Shown: piece after piece, positions 14,131 through 29,216 of the stretch
Position numbering within the stretch: position 1 is the stretch's first letter
How the letters are laid out: every line of letters begins with the position of its first letter
From: Eledone cirrhosa
Taxonomy: Eukaryota
DNA: 64,000 nt
Reading direction: 5' to 3'
Assembly: GCA_964016885.1 (NCBI GenBank)
Contig: OZ024740.1
Span: 338,892,001 to 338,956,000, forward strand
Program-made: the position numbers and the translations under genes
The notes under the pieces: generated by a model
What the model was told of the DNA's origin: nothing
Databases searched by the model: none
What the model saw: the letters and a program-made list of their open reading frames with translations, nothing else

Positions 14131-15564
14131 ATTAATAAATGTTGACAGTTTCATACATATCTTTAGGGCGGGTAAAATTCCCGAGATTTTATACATATTT
14201 ATATAATAAAATGAAATACATATTAATTTTCAACTTTCAATAACTAAATAACTAAACGACTTTGCAGCGTGGGGGAAATATCCAAAATGGCGGAAATGGT
14301 CGTATGACCTATCTCATGAATTGGTGTTGGTGAGTGTGAACTCTGTAGTGGAAAATGCAAGCTTAGTAAATTTTCTTTGTATGGCCAGAGCACGAATTGA
14401 CAAAAACTAGTTTCACCGGTTTAACAAATTGTACGTTGACATTATTTTATTTGAAAGAATGGAGTGCACATTATAAAGCTTGCCAAGATTGTTAAATACC
14501 CAGGCATCGACACTGCCACCAGTACATTAACTTGTGTCCTCACTGACAACTCTCACACACACCCTCACGCAGACACTTTCTTCGCTCTCCGTTAATTTTT
14601 CACACACAGACATTATTAACATACAACTTCAACACCACATAAAGTTACAGATGGTCAAACAATCACATCAGTCCGATGAGACTGAGATGGTCTAATATGA
14701 TAAGCATTGCACCTATAACTTCTTGCTGAACCATAAAAATACATCCCTCTTAGTTCATTAATCCCCGAAGGATGAACACATATATCAGTTCTGACAGTAT
14801 TTGAACCCAAACAAATAACATAGAGTAATGATAAAATTAGCGCTCTTTTATTAAATTGTTGCCCATTTACTCTGATATAATTTTAACAGCTGGTGACGAT
14901 TTGATCTTAAAACCAACATCTTTTCCAGGCTGATTATCAAAGTGGATAAGTGTGAGAAATTTGAAGATGAGAAATGAGTTGGATAAATTTAAGTTTAAAG
15001 TGAAATGCCAACTTAATGGCTGGTAGGCAGATCATTGTAATAATAATGTCATTTGTATGAGGCTGCTCGTTGACTTACGCAACTAAGTAAATGTTGTATT
15101 GGTACACCGTGCTTAAATTAATACCAAGTGAGTAAGAAAGTAATGCGTTCACTAGAATCGCTTTAGTTGATAATATTTGACCATGAGCATTACCGATAGT
15201 ATTTCCTGACATAAATGCGATTGAAGTTATTTGCCCAATAATGACCGAATATACACTAAGATGCCATTTATACCAAACCACAAATATTCGTTTTGCCAAA
15301 TTGTTAACAATGATTGAGAGGTCTGTTATCATTCATTCTATGTATTTTCCCAGTTGAATTAGTAACGATAAATATAATTCATAGACGATTAAGCAATTAG
15401 AAATAACAATAATCATTCGAAATTATTTCTGGGCATGCGAGGATGTTATTGGTTTGGTTTCTTACTGAATTCAATCAATTGATTGAGGCCATGTTAGAGC
15501 ATCACCATATTGATATACTTCGGGAAGGTTATGCTGCCGATAAAACGAAGTATATATATATATA

Positions 15565-15697
15565 TTCTATTCTATTCTAAGGCGGGTAAAATTCCCGAGA
15601 TCCATGGACGAGTTCTCTCCAGCGGTCTCTGTCCCTCATTATCGCTGCATGTCCTGCGTCTCCAACAGACGAGTGTCTGTCCTTAGGGCATCAACAT
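15565..15697 (-). mobile_element. RTE-like LINE 3' stub with (TAGAA)n tail
   Basis: Minus strand: [31 protein letters not shown] then tagaatagaatagaat. Its last ~22 nt recur at ~14166-14187. Confidence 0.55.
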
Positions 15698-15705
15698 ATA
15701 CATAT

Positions 15706-15783
<78 letters not shown>

Positions 15784-15796
15784 ATATATATGTACA

Positions 15797-15844
<48 letters not shown>

Positions 15845-15908
15845 ATCATTGTGATATATTGCTGGCCATGTATAACTATGCAGTTCTGATGGCAGCAAGC
15901 ATCTTCAG

Positions 15909-15984
<76 letters not shown>

Positions 15985-15988
<4 letters not shown>

Positions 15989-16813
15989 GGTTACACAACA
16001 GTTAGCTCACCATACCGAGAACAATTGTTTCACCTTAGCGGATCTTCAGCTCGGGATGGGCATGGTTATAGGAACAGGAAGAACAACCGTACGAACGCGC
16101 ATGCGCAGAAACCCGGTCACTTCACACAGGCAATACAAGGCTGCGTGCGTGAGGTGTAAGGGAGATAACTGCGAAAATCCGAAAAGTTTTTAGGTTGAAA
16201 ATAAAATAAAAATACAAAGAATCAGTCCGGAGCCTTGTAGTTATGTAATAGGTGTTTGGCGACGTGTGGACAACGTGTGAAAAGTTCACTTCTCGTGTTT
16301 AGGCAATCACTATTGCGTAATCTTTTTAGAATAGTTATTCGTTCGTCAATACATAAGCCACACGTCGGATTTCCCCTTGCGTATGGTTTCGACTTAGTGA
16401 TGGCTTTCCATTGTAGTCTGTACCTGAGACCTTGAGGGACCATACGTGCCTCGCGAGTTTCGTGGATGAACGTCTTTTCGGGTATCTGAAGGTAGACTGG
16501 TGGTTCAGGAAACGTTCCTTAAATCGGCCCTGCACCATGCCCACATAGGATTTGACCTCCTGTGGTTCGGTTGGTCGGTTGGAAGTGACCACAGCTTCAT
16601 AGATTAGAGCTGGTGTGTTGCATTGCTGTTGAAGGGGGCAAGCTTCAGGCTTACGGCAAGAGCACCCTGGTGCGGTGTTGCTCCTAGGGCTGCTGGTGAT
16701 GTGGGCCTTCATGTTCTTAGCGCAGGAGTATCCTCGTTTAACTTTGTGTCGGTTAAAGTTGGGGCGGTATTTATGACCTATGGGGAAGTGTCTATCTAAG
16801 AGGGCTAGAAATG
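15985..16813 (-). mobile_element. 5'-truncated Naiad-type Penelope-like element (thumb end + GIY-YIG, frameshifted) with 3' HHR
   Basis: FLALLDRHFP..CSCRKPEACPL..LIYEA..YVGMVQGRFKERFLNH..TKLARHVWSLK / CGLCIDE..LNTRSELFTRCPH; the 3' end abuts (TA)n(GA)n. Confidence 0.85.
16015..16054 (-). ncRNA. Minimal type I hammerhead ribozyme
   Basis: CCGAG-CTGAAGA-t-CC gctaa GG-t-GAAA-CAATTG-TT-CTCGG; palindromic stem III as in PLE HHRs. Confidence 0.7.
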
Positions 16814-17135
16814 TTAAAGGTATTGTTGCTACTTTCCCACTAGCAACAATACCTTTAAGACAAGTAAGCGCAACAATAGACAAACTATCTGGTTCTCTCC
16901 TCCCTTCTCACTCAACGTAAAAACCAATGCAGAAAAAAAATTTATTATAATAAATTGAATTGAAAGTAACTGGTGCGTGTGTTTCTTATTGGCAACATGA
17001 CCCTCACAAAGTATAACAATATCGGTTTCAACACACGTTTTCAGATAAATAATCTTGCTAAACAAATTCAGAAACGAAATATATATGTGTGTGTGTATAT
17101 ATATATATATATATGTATATTTATATATATATATA

Positions 17136-17525
17136 CTACCAGTTTACCCGGCGTTGCTCGGGGTTTGAAATTATGCAAAGAATATACAGATAGGAAGTAA
17201 AAGAAGAACATTATTTGTCCCCAACCTATCAAAATGAGCAGAAGTCTTCAATAATTAATACAAACGAATATATTTGGTGAAAAGGTAATCTCCCTTTTTT
17301 ATAAGGATTGTCAATAAAATTTGTTATCTCCCTTACATCAATTTTTCTACCGATAATTTTGATATCGATTTTTTATTGCTCAACCTAGGTCGATTTGAAA
17401 AATGTTTGTGATGTAACAATCTTATCGACCTGTGCAACGTGCACAGAACATTTGGTCAAATTCAGATGGTAATTGTGAAAGCATTATGCATGCCAAGTTG
17501 TACAGAGCTTTTATATATATAAAGA
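17136..17525 (-). mobile_element. Non-autonomous Helitron, deletion derivative of the 8072-9725 family
   Basis: Shares both termini (cccggcgttgctcggggtttgaaatta...; ...ttttatatatataaaga) with 8072-9725 but lacks the helicase segment. Confidence 0.8.
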
Positions 17526-17807
17526 TATACATATATATATTTAATACAATAACAGAGAAAGCTTTACGCTAAACTCCGACTGGCTACCATCTCACTTAAC
17601 AAACATTAGGTTATACGTTAGTATAAACCCAATTTAGTGTCTGGGGTGCTAACTATATGTATTTTGTGGAAAGCCAGTTGTATTATTTTATATGTGATAT
17701 AATTAAAGTTAAAATATATCTCTCTTTCCAAACAATTGTTTCATTATAAGTGTTCTACAAGTTGGGAGAATATAGTATAGTATAACTATAAATAGTATCC
17801 TTAAAAT

Positions 17808-19690
<1,883 letters not shown>

Positions 19691-19700
19691 AACAGATTAA

Positions 19701-19751
19701 AGTTTAAGCAAAGAATCGCTGCTTTCACCCTTAACGGGTTCTTCTGAAACT
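19701..19751 (-). ncRNA. Type I hammerhead motif (U4A core) in the 3' pLTR
   Basis: AGTTT-CAGAAGA-ACCC gttaa GGGT-GAAA-GCA gcgattctt TGC-TT-AAACT. Confidence 0.65.
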
Positions 19752-20252
19752 AACAACGTCAATCTGTGAACTCAGAAGTGAATATTTCAAAAAACGTTGC
19801 AACCGGAGGAAGACAGGAAGACGTTACTGTGGTTCGTAGAAACATCCCCTGGCACAGAACGGGAAAAAACGAATATTATACGTCATTATTTGGAGCGGTG
19901 AAAAACAATACACGCAAAGGCAAAACCACGTTTATAGTATAAAAGATGTCGTTGACTAATATTCTATTAGGTGGTTCATAGAGACTTTCTCTGGCAATGA
20001 ACGGAAAAAACGAAGATAATACGTCATATCTGGAGCGTTGAGAACAATTGCACGCAAAGACAAAACCACGTAAAAGGTATAACAGAAGTCGTAGACTAAA
20101 ATTCTAACTAGGAAACCGAATGATTCTCGGCTTCAGAGTTAAGAATAAAGTAAATAAAATATAGAGGTACTTGAAATTAAATAAATACATACACGTATCC
20201 ATATACGTACATACACAAGCATACGCGAAAACACTCGCCATACGTATACAAA

Positions 20253-20344
<92 letters not shown>

Positions 20345-20466
20345 AACACGTACCTTCACAAAACATACAGGTAATATATACTTGCATATACAAATAAGTA
20401 ATGCTATAAATATAACATATACTTAGCTACCACATTAGGACGTATAATATCCGCGTATAGTTGGTA

Positions 20467-22594
20467 CTATCCGTTAGGGTAAAATGTGGGGCTGTAATAC
20501 AGGAAAGTTTCGTGCAATTTATGTTTACAAGCCGAAATTACCTCAGATTTTTTGTTTAAGATGTGGTCTGTGGCGTAGAGTATGTCCAGGGCCTCAGCGG
20601 CGCAGAGGTCACATGGTCTTTTATTTCCGTTATACCATCTAGCCCTAGCTAGGATCTCCCAGTGTAACTTATATTGGGTGTGGTTGTCTTTTAGACTCCA
20701 GATATAAGCTGAAAGTGACGTCATATTTCTTCTTAAAGGGTAACGAAAAGAATGGGTATGCATGTAAAGACGCTGCTTGAATCTATTGGCGGTTAACCCT
20801 ATGTAGGCCCTACGGGACGTGGGTGTTTGAACCTTACATTTGTAGACAATGTTACTAGAGAGGCATTTCCCGGATAGGGGGCAATCAACCCGATTCCTAC
20901 AATTACAGTTAGTACTAACTATATGGTTGCACGTGTTCCTACGGCTAGGTAGTTTAGCTAAATTTGAAGCTGTGATGTTATGTGCTAAGTTAGGAGTCGT
21001 AGAGTAAGAAATTTTAATAGTATTTCTATTAAAAATGTTATTATATTTATGTGTAGGGGGAAAATGTTTCGTATTAAGGGAGAGAAAGATCTTAGCTAAT
21101 GGTGTGGCCACCTCCATATTATATGGTGGGTTATGCGATATAATGCGCCGGGATCTATTTCTTCTACGTCTATTCTCGTACTCTGTATATGCTACCTTAT
21201 CGACAAATCCACTCCGAGCAAGAGCTTCTTTTTAACATGTGGAATGGTAGTTGAAAATATGCTCGTTAGTAGATAGACGGGAAAGCCTCAAAGAAACGTT
21301 TCTTAACAGGTTCTTGGTTATGCTGGCAGGATGGTTAGAATGCTTACTTATGTAATTAAGCGTATCATTCGGCTTTCTATACGGGTAATAGAAGCTATTC
21401 GATAAATTGAGGGTAACGTCGAGGTAATTAACGACCGAGAGGTTGGCCTCAACCTGTATAGAGAGGTTGAAGCCTTTAAAGAAGGCTGTGAGTTCTTTTC
21501 TGAACCTGTCGCAAGCAGGTGGGCCGCACTTAGTCATGGTCAAAAGACCATCATCACGGTACAAACCACCGCCCACGTTGGGGAATTCGTCCTTGATAGA
21601 GAAAAGAAGGAAAAGGCCGATAAGATCTGTAACCTCCGCAGAATCGCTGGCGCCCATACCCACGTCGAATGGGCTACTATTAGATTTTTTAATCCAAATA
21701 GAGTCGTCGAAATTAAACACCGACTTACGGGCATTGAGGATGACATCAACTACGAAATCCTTAACCACTGTGAGTGTTTTAGCGAAATTGATAGCTCTAA
21801 GGAGAAGTGGTAAAGTGATGGAGGAGTAGTAATTGTTGATGTCGAATTGGATAAAACGGCAATGTTCCTTGTTGCATATGCCGTTGAACCAATCAATCAC
21901 CGCGAAAGAATTGTTCCACAGTGCAAGAGGGGCCAAACTTCTAATTTCAGGTATAATTCTATCAAGAATCCTTTTACTAAGTCTATCTAAATCGGACTTC
22001 GTAGGGTTAATAAGCCGAATAGAGGGGTTGTTCGGAAATTTGGATTTGTGATCCTTCAGGGTAAAGTGGGGAGGAATAGGGTCCAGATGTTCGGTCCGGT
22101 CAAGGATGTTGAGATCAGAGGTGATTTTAAACCCAGCATCGTTGATTTCATTAATGACGCACCTATTAGTTTTACGGTAATCCTTAGTTACAGTATTATG
22201 TAGTAGTTGATGGTAAGTACTGCGCTCCACTTGATATAGGTTGCCAGTTTTGTCGGAATGGACGTGCACAACATTAGAATCCTTAATAGAACGAATTCTA
22301 TTCTTCAGGTCCTGCTGGGAGGAATTGCTCCTATTCCGAAATTTGATACTCCGTATGAGTTTCAAGACATCATTTTCGAAGGGTAGCAATGCTAGGTTAC
22401 ACGAGGGTAATTATAGGTTTTGAACCCAAATATATCCTGTTTCTTGTCTGCTTTTCCCTGATTATCGAAATAAAAGGCACGCCAACGCAACCTTTTAATG
22501 AACGCGTCAGTTTTCTGTATCAAGAGTTTATGTATGTTTTCCTGGTTGGAACGGGTATGTTCTTTGTAGAAATATTCAGATGTTGTTTCTACAT
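20467..22594 (-). pseudogene. Naiad-type PLE reverse transcriptase + C-terminal GIY-YIG endonuclease (one early stop, ~3 frameshifts)
   Basis: NISTKNIPVP / FIKRLRWRAFYF / SDKTGNLY / LKDHK..IRLINPTKS / FIQFDINNYYSSI / FDVGMGASDSAE / GLYRDDGL / NYLDVTL / YRKPN..SNHP / CNCR..CPLSGKCL..IVY..YIGLT..FKQR..CDLC..E..LNKKSE..CKH. Confidence 0.92.
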
Positions 22595-22748
22595 GATGAA
22601 TATAAGTCAATAGAGTGCTCAACCGAGGGAGCCAAATAGTAATAATAATAAATTTGAAGACTAAAATCCAAAGAGGGCTCGATAACGATAAATATATATC
22701 AAATATATAAGAACCGTAGAGCAAATATTTATTAAAATAACAGATTAA

Positions 22749-22799
22749 AGTTTAAGCAAAGAATCGCTGCTTTCACCCTTAACGAGATCTTCTGAAACT
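22749..22799 (-). ncRNA. Second pLTR copy of the U4A hammerhead, ~155 nt upstream of the ORF start
   Basis: AGTTT-CAGAAGA-t-CTC gttaa GGG-t-GAAA-GCA..TGC-TT-AAACT. Confidence 0.6.
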
Positions 22800-24165
22800 A
22801 ACAAAGTCAATCTGTGAACGTAGAAGTGAATATTTCAAAAAACGTTGCAAGCGGAGGAAGACAGCAAGACGATACTTTGGTTCATGGAAACATTCCCTGG
22901 CAAAGAACGGGAAAAACGAATATAATTCGTCATTATTTGGAGCGGTGAAAAACAATTACACGCAAAGACAAAACCACGTTTATGGTATAAAAGAAGTCGT
23001 TGACTAATATTCTATTAGGTGGTTCATAGAGACGTTCTCTGGCAATGAACGGAAAAAACGAAGATAATACGTCATATGTGGACCGTGGAGAACAATTGCA
23101 CGCAAAGACAAAACCACGTAAATGGTATAACAGAAGTCGTAGACTAAAATTCTAACTAGGAAACAGAATGATTCTCGGCTTCAGAGTTAAGAATAAAGTA
23201 AATAAAATACAGAGGTAATTGAAATTAAATAAATACATACACGCATCCATATACGTACATACACAAGCATACGTGAAAACACTCGCCATAGGTATACAAA
23301 TACGCACACATATATATATATGTGTGTGTGTGCGTGTAACAAATAATTAAATAAACGTATATAAATAAATAAATACGTATATAACAAGCGCACACACATA
23401 CCTACATGTAAACACACATATGTTCGGAGACGAACGTCAACCAAAACATGAAGTACACATATACACACACCCTATATACGTACGAACCCGCATACTAACA
23501 CAGACGCAGAACTCACGTATACAGATAACCAAAAGCATATGTACCAGAATATATTAAATATACGCCATCACATATACAATCAAATATACGTACGAGAAAG
23601 TACACGTACTTCACAAAACATACAGGTAATATATACTTACCTATACAAATAAGTAATTGTATAAACATAACATATACTTAGCTACCACATCAGGACGTAA
23701 AATATCCGCGATAGTTCGTACTATCCGTTAGGGTATAATGTGGGGCTGTAATACAGGAAAGTTTTGTGCAATTTATGTTTACAAGCCGAAATTGCCTCAG
23801 ATTTTTTGTTTAAGATGTCGTCTTTGGGGTAGAGTAGTTCCAGGGCCTCAGCGGCGCAGAGGACACATGGTCTTTTATTTCCGTTATACGATCTAGCCCT
23901 AGCTAGGATCTCCCAGTGTAACTTATATTGGGTGTGGTTGTCTTTTAGACTCCAGATATAAGCTGAAAGTGACGTCATATTCCTTCTTAAGGGGTAACGA
24001 AAAGAATGGGTATGCATGTAAAGACGCTGCTTGAATCTATTGGCTATTGAATCTATTCACCAAACATTTATTATAATGCTCGGCGTGTTTGTAAACAAAC
24101 GTCCCGTATTAAGCCGTAGTGTCTAGCAACCACCGTTGCTCGTTTGTTCAACACTGACAAAGGAA

Positions 24166-24206
24166 CGCTGTACTAGTTTCAAGCTTGTTAGCTATCGTCA
24201 GCAACG
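24166..24206 (-). ncRNA. Type I hammerhead (inverted-arm copy)
   Basis: CGTTG-CTGACGA-t-AGCT aaca AGCT-t-GAAA-CTAG-TA-CAGCG. Confidence 0.75.
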
Positions 24207-24564
24207 TATACCTTCCTGCCAGATAGTTGAACATCCGAAAGTATATACTTTCTTATGCATATTAACAGCTGAGTAGCGGTGAATCCATACGTACATATAT
24301 ATATGTTTGCATGTATGTATATATATATATATACATACTACTGTACCTCTGTATATATATATGTATGTACGTATACATACTCATATTTAAGTAACAGCCG
24401 TACTCAGAGTGGGAAATGAAATTTCGTTTCATATTTTCCGTTTATCGTTTTCGGTGCACCCGCCTGATTAACCCACTCGATATGTAAATTGGGCTACTCA
24501 GCCGTTAATATGCATAAGGAAAGTATATACTTTCGGAGGTTCAACTATCTGGCAAGAAGGTATA

Positions 24565-24605
24565 CGTTGCTGACGATAGCTAACAAGCTTGAAACTAGTA
24601 CAGCA
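24565..24605 (+). ncRNA. Type I hammerhead
   Basis: GTTG-CTGACGA-t-AGCT aaca AGCT-t-GAAA-CTAG-TA-CAGC; palindromic stem III. Confidence 0.75.
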
Positions 24606-24803
24606 TTCCTTTGTCAGTGTTGAACAAACGAGCAACGGTGGTTGCTAGACACTACGGCTTAATACGGGACGTTTGTTTACAAACACACCGAGCATTATAA
24701 TAAATGTTTGGTGAATCCATACGTACATATACATATGTGTGCATGTATGTATATATACATACTACTGTACGTCTGTATACATATATGTATGTACGTATAC
24801 ATA

Positions 24804-24910
<107 letters not shown>

Positions 24911-24945
24911 ATATATACATATATATATATATACGTATATATATG

Positions 24946-25028
<83 letters not shown>

Positions 25029-25059
25029 GTATATATATATATGTATATATATATATATG

Positions 25060-25104
<45 letters not shown>

Positions 25105-25129
25105 GTGTGTATATATATATATGTATGTA

Positions 25130-25206
<77 letters not shown>

Positions 25207-25207
25207 G

Positions 25208-25259
<52 letters not shown>

Positions 25260-25561
25260 CATATACATATATATATGTATGTATATATATATATACCTAC
25301 ATATATGTATATATATAAATATATTTATATATATATATATATTTTTATATATATATATATAAGGATATATATTTATATATATATATATATATAAATATAC
25401 ATATATATATATATATATAAGAAGTTAATATCCCCACAGGTACTAAGTACCCCTGGAAATATATAGGGTGTCTATGATACAATGGTTGTTCTATGGTATT
25501 AATTTGACATACCAGAACTAATTTTGGCGTTCTCGGGACTTTTTGTCCAAGGAAAGGAAAA

Positions 25562-25645
25562 TGCTTTCTGATCATCTAAACTTTTCCAATGGAAGTCCCT
25601 AGGGATCTCCAATCTTTTGTGAAGTGAAACCGTTCGGTAAAAGCA
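25562..25645 (+). ncRNA. Hammerhead-like motif with ~50-nt stem II region and G8C core change
   Basis: TGCTTT-CTGATCA-[~50 nt]-GAAA-CCG tt CGG-TA-AAAGCA, in a module between (TA)n arrays. Confidence 0.5.
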
Positions 25646-25730
25646 ATTGGAATAGGTAAATATTTAAATTACATTTTTAAATTTAATTTAAAGAATTGTT
25701 TGAATCTTGCTTGCTCCGCTTATCTCAATG

Positions 25731-25795
<65 letters not shown>

Positions 25796-25889
25796 TAGCT
25801 GAAGATGCTTGCTGCCATCACAACAGGATAGTTATACATGACCAGCAATATATCACATTGATTGCATAACTGCAACTATGATTGTGTAA

Positions 25890-25940
25890 GCATCTGATGA
25901 AGTCACATGCATAACCATGTAACAGAAATACATATCATGC
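25890..25940 (+). ncRNA. Type I hammerhead
   Basis: GCAT-CTGATGA-a-GTcACATG cataac CATGTaAC-a-GAAA-TA ca TA-TC-ATGC. The upstream part of the module (25795-25870) recurs inverted at 15840-15912. Confidence 0.7.
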
Positions 25941-25985
25941 AATAAAGAAATATGGGGAAATGATCCCGTCTTAACTACTCTTATT

Positions 25986-26023
<38 letters not shown>

Positions 26024-26056
26024 AAGAACACAAGAGCGTCTACAACATCAAAAGAT

Positions 26057-26116
26057 TTTTATTGGCTTACAATGTTTCTTCCTTACGTAACCATAGGATT
26101 CGTCAGAGCTATAAAA
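26057..26116 (-). ncRNA. Type I hammerhead
   Basis: ttttataGCT-CTGACGA-a-TCCT atggttacgta AGGA-a-GAAA-CA t TG-TA-AGCcaataaaa. Confidence 0.7.
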
Positions 26117-27314
26117 GGGGTTTGATTGGTGTTATGGACTCTAACAACCAAACATTCAAGAACAAAGAGTAAAGAGAGTAAAGAGCAAAAGTAGGGGACG
26201 ATAAGTCTAATTTTGGTGCGGGAGGGTGGGGTGTGGGTCCTTGTTTACTAGCTGCGGTCATATTCATTCCCGGGAGTCGGGTGGTTAGCTGAACCATAGA
26301 TGGGGTGGCGTCGATAGTATGGTGCAGAGGGTGCGCAGAGGCTACACAAACACAAAGGGCATACAATATATATATATATATAGCGGAGGAGAAAGTACAT
26401 GAGGTAATTAGAAATGGAAAAAGAGTAATAATAATAATCTATAATTAATAGTGTATAATAAGGCATGGGGAAGATTACACTATAATAAGATATAAAAGTA
26501 AGAATAAGGTAAAATATAAAGGAGGATAAAAGTGGAAATAATAAAAATAAAAAAATAAAGATAAAAAAATATATAGAGAATATATAAAGAAATATAAGCG
26601 AATATTTGGAGGGGAAAACACAATGTAAAAAAAACGATTTTTTCAAATAATAATAAAAATATAATAATTATGGGGGAGAAAACGGGATAGAGAAATATGA
26701 TCAAGTGTGATTAGTTAAGAGAATATAAGATGATAATAGTTATGTCAAGTTTATACATCTTAATAATAAATAATCTGTGTATCAGAGTTGCAGAACCTTC
26801 AATTCACTTACGGGTTCAAGCCACGTGGCATGGTCCATTGTTTATTTGTGCGGTCATGTGCGTTTGTTTTTGACACCACAGCAGATGCACAAGTTCGTAA
26901 ATTCCAATGCAGATAGAACTCTATTTTTGCTCACCCGGACATTGACGGAGGATCCAATATTCCTAGTTCAATATGTGTTTGGTGTTATTTTGGTCGCACA
27001 AATCAATCACTTGGTTCAATATTATGGAGTATGGTTTTCTGGTCTTCGTAACAATGTCAGTGGTTGTATATCTCGAAATCACCAGGATCACAGTACTCCG
27101 GTTTGGTGTGATTATCGGTCATCCAGCTATGTTGTTGGTGGTTGGATTCAATTCTATTCGCCCGAACGTTGAACTTTGGTGTCGATAGGACATTAACGAG
27201 GCAGGGTGAGATCGCATCTGTGGTACAAAACGGTACGCAAGGAAATTCTTCGTCTTCGTTTCATCCGGGTCCAGCAGTCACGTGCAAGAACCGCTACGTA
27301 GTAATTGTGGGGTT

Positions 27315-27635
27315 AATCGGTCAAGTCAGCAACTGACCGAAAATTCAGGCAGGCATGACAGGCACGTTTAGGTCGGCAGCTTCTTTATGTGTACGTGTGT
27401 CCGACACACACAGACACATATTTATATGTATTTCAACTCAAAAGACTCAAATGATTCACCCACTGGTACTACAATCGGTCAAGACAGCAACTGGCCGACA
27501 ATTCCCTTAGGAATTCAGACAGGCATGACAGGTATATTTAGGTCAACAGCTTCTTTATGTGTACGTGTGTCCGATACACACAGACACATATCCATATGTA
27601 TTTCAACTCAAAAAATTCAGTTGATTCCCCTATTG
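27315..27635. repeat. Two diverged tandem copies of a ~160-bp unit
   Basis: aatcggtcaag..cagcaactg..caggcatgacagg..cagcttctttatgtgtacgtgtgtccga..gtatttcaactcaaaa occurs twice. Confidence 0.85.
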
Positions 27636-28345
27636 ATATTATATTTGTGTTGCTCGGATATGCATGCTGTGGTGTTCTGGTCGTGCATAGCATTCACTGT
27701 GTTTTGCCATTACCTTGGAATGTGATATTATGGTCATCAATAGGCCGGCAAGCGCATTTCGCTCTTATATTGCGGAGAATGGTGTTCTGGTCCTCAGTAA
27801 ACATTTGGGTCAGCAGGAGGGGTGGTGGTTCTCAGTTTCAACTTCGACAATACATATGTGTTACTCTGCATATCGTGCTCCTCTCAGAGAAGAGTATTAT
27901 AGGAGGAATTCGTGCCACACACCACATATAGAGAGAATTTCTACAGAAAAGTATACATACATATACACATACATACACACATCATACACTTACACATACA
28001 CACTCATACGCATACATACATATATTCACATACATGTCACATATACACATACACACAATATAATATGCATGCATACAATATACATATATATATATACATA
28101 CAATATACATGCATACAATGCACGCACACATGCGTGCATGCATGCACACACGCACGCACACCCACACATATGTCTGCGTGTGTGTGCGTGTGAGAGATAA
28201 AAGGAGAATACACACACACACACAAACACCAACCTTGTAGGGGACTGTACCACCCTTAGCGTACCTATCTATCTGGGTTACGGGTTGGGGGGGAAAGGGG
28301 GGAGAAGCTATAGTCTAGGTGGGGGTTGCGTGATATATGTTACGT

Positions 28346-29125
28346 CTATGTGCTAGGTTTAAAATAGAAGAAGGAACTCAGGATTTTGTGTTGGCAAGAG
28401 GAGAAAATTTCCGATTTCCTGTTAAGCAGGTTCAGTTTAGAGTGTATTATGGCATGGCATTCCAGTAAACACAGGTCACAACTTCCGCTCTGCGGTCGGT
28501 ATGGCGTGGATCTAGTAAGCTTCCTCCAAAAAAGTTTGTATGGGGTACTATTATTTTTTAAGAAGGAGATGTATCCCGCCAGTGAGGTGGCATTCTTATG
28601 TCTGTCGTGTCTAAATGTGTACATATGCGCGTTAAATTTAATTTTAAATGTATTGGACGTTGCTCCTATATACGTTTTGGTAAAGTTGTGTGTGGTTACG
28701 TCACATGCATATACTATGTTTTTCATGAGGCAATCCCCCCTTAGGGGACAGTTACTACTCCGCCTACAATTGCAACTGCGGGTTCGATTAGTTAGCATAC
28801 CTCCCGAAGTTTGGTTACTAGCATTATCACTAGGTGCCTCTATATCATTAGATGGCTCATTGATGCTATTATGTTGCCCATTTTCCAGTATAGTCGGTTG
28901 CTGGTGGTTAACTGCCATTTTAATTGCTTCGAAGCCTTCCTTAGTTTTCCTAATGTTCGTGCGTGCTAGGTGTGATGCGAGGTTAGGTGTGGTCGAATAG
29001 GATAATTTAATTACGTTTTTGTTAATTATGTTGCGATATCTATTGCCTGGTGGGAATTTTTTTTCCAATAACGAGAAGAATACTCTGGGGAGGTTAGTGA
29101 GGACCTCAGAGTTAAAAGGTGGGTT

Positions 29126-29130
<5 letters not shown>
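28346..29130 (-). pseudogene. 5'-truncated Naiad-type PLE thumb + GIY-YIG, open frame
   Basis: FNPPFNSEV..FPPGNRY..IKLSYSTTPNL..CNCRRSSNCPLRGDCL..YIGATSNTFK..CDLCLLE..LLNRKSEIFSSCQH; the 5' break is at (TA)n. Confidence 0.9.
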
Positions 29131-29214
<84 letters not shown>

Positions 29215-29216
<2 letters not shown>

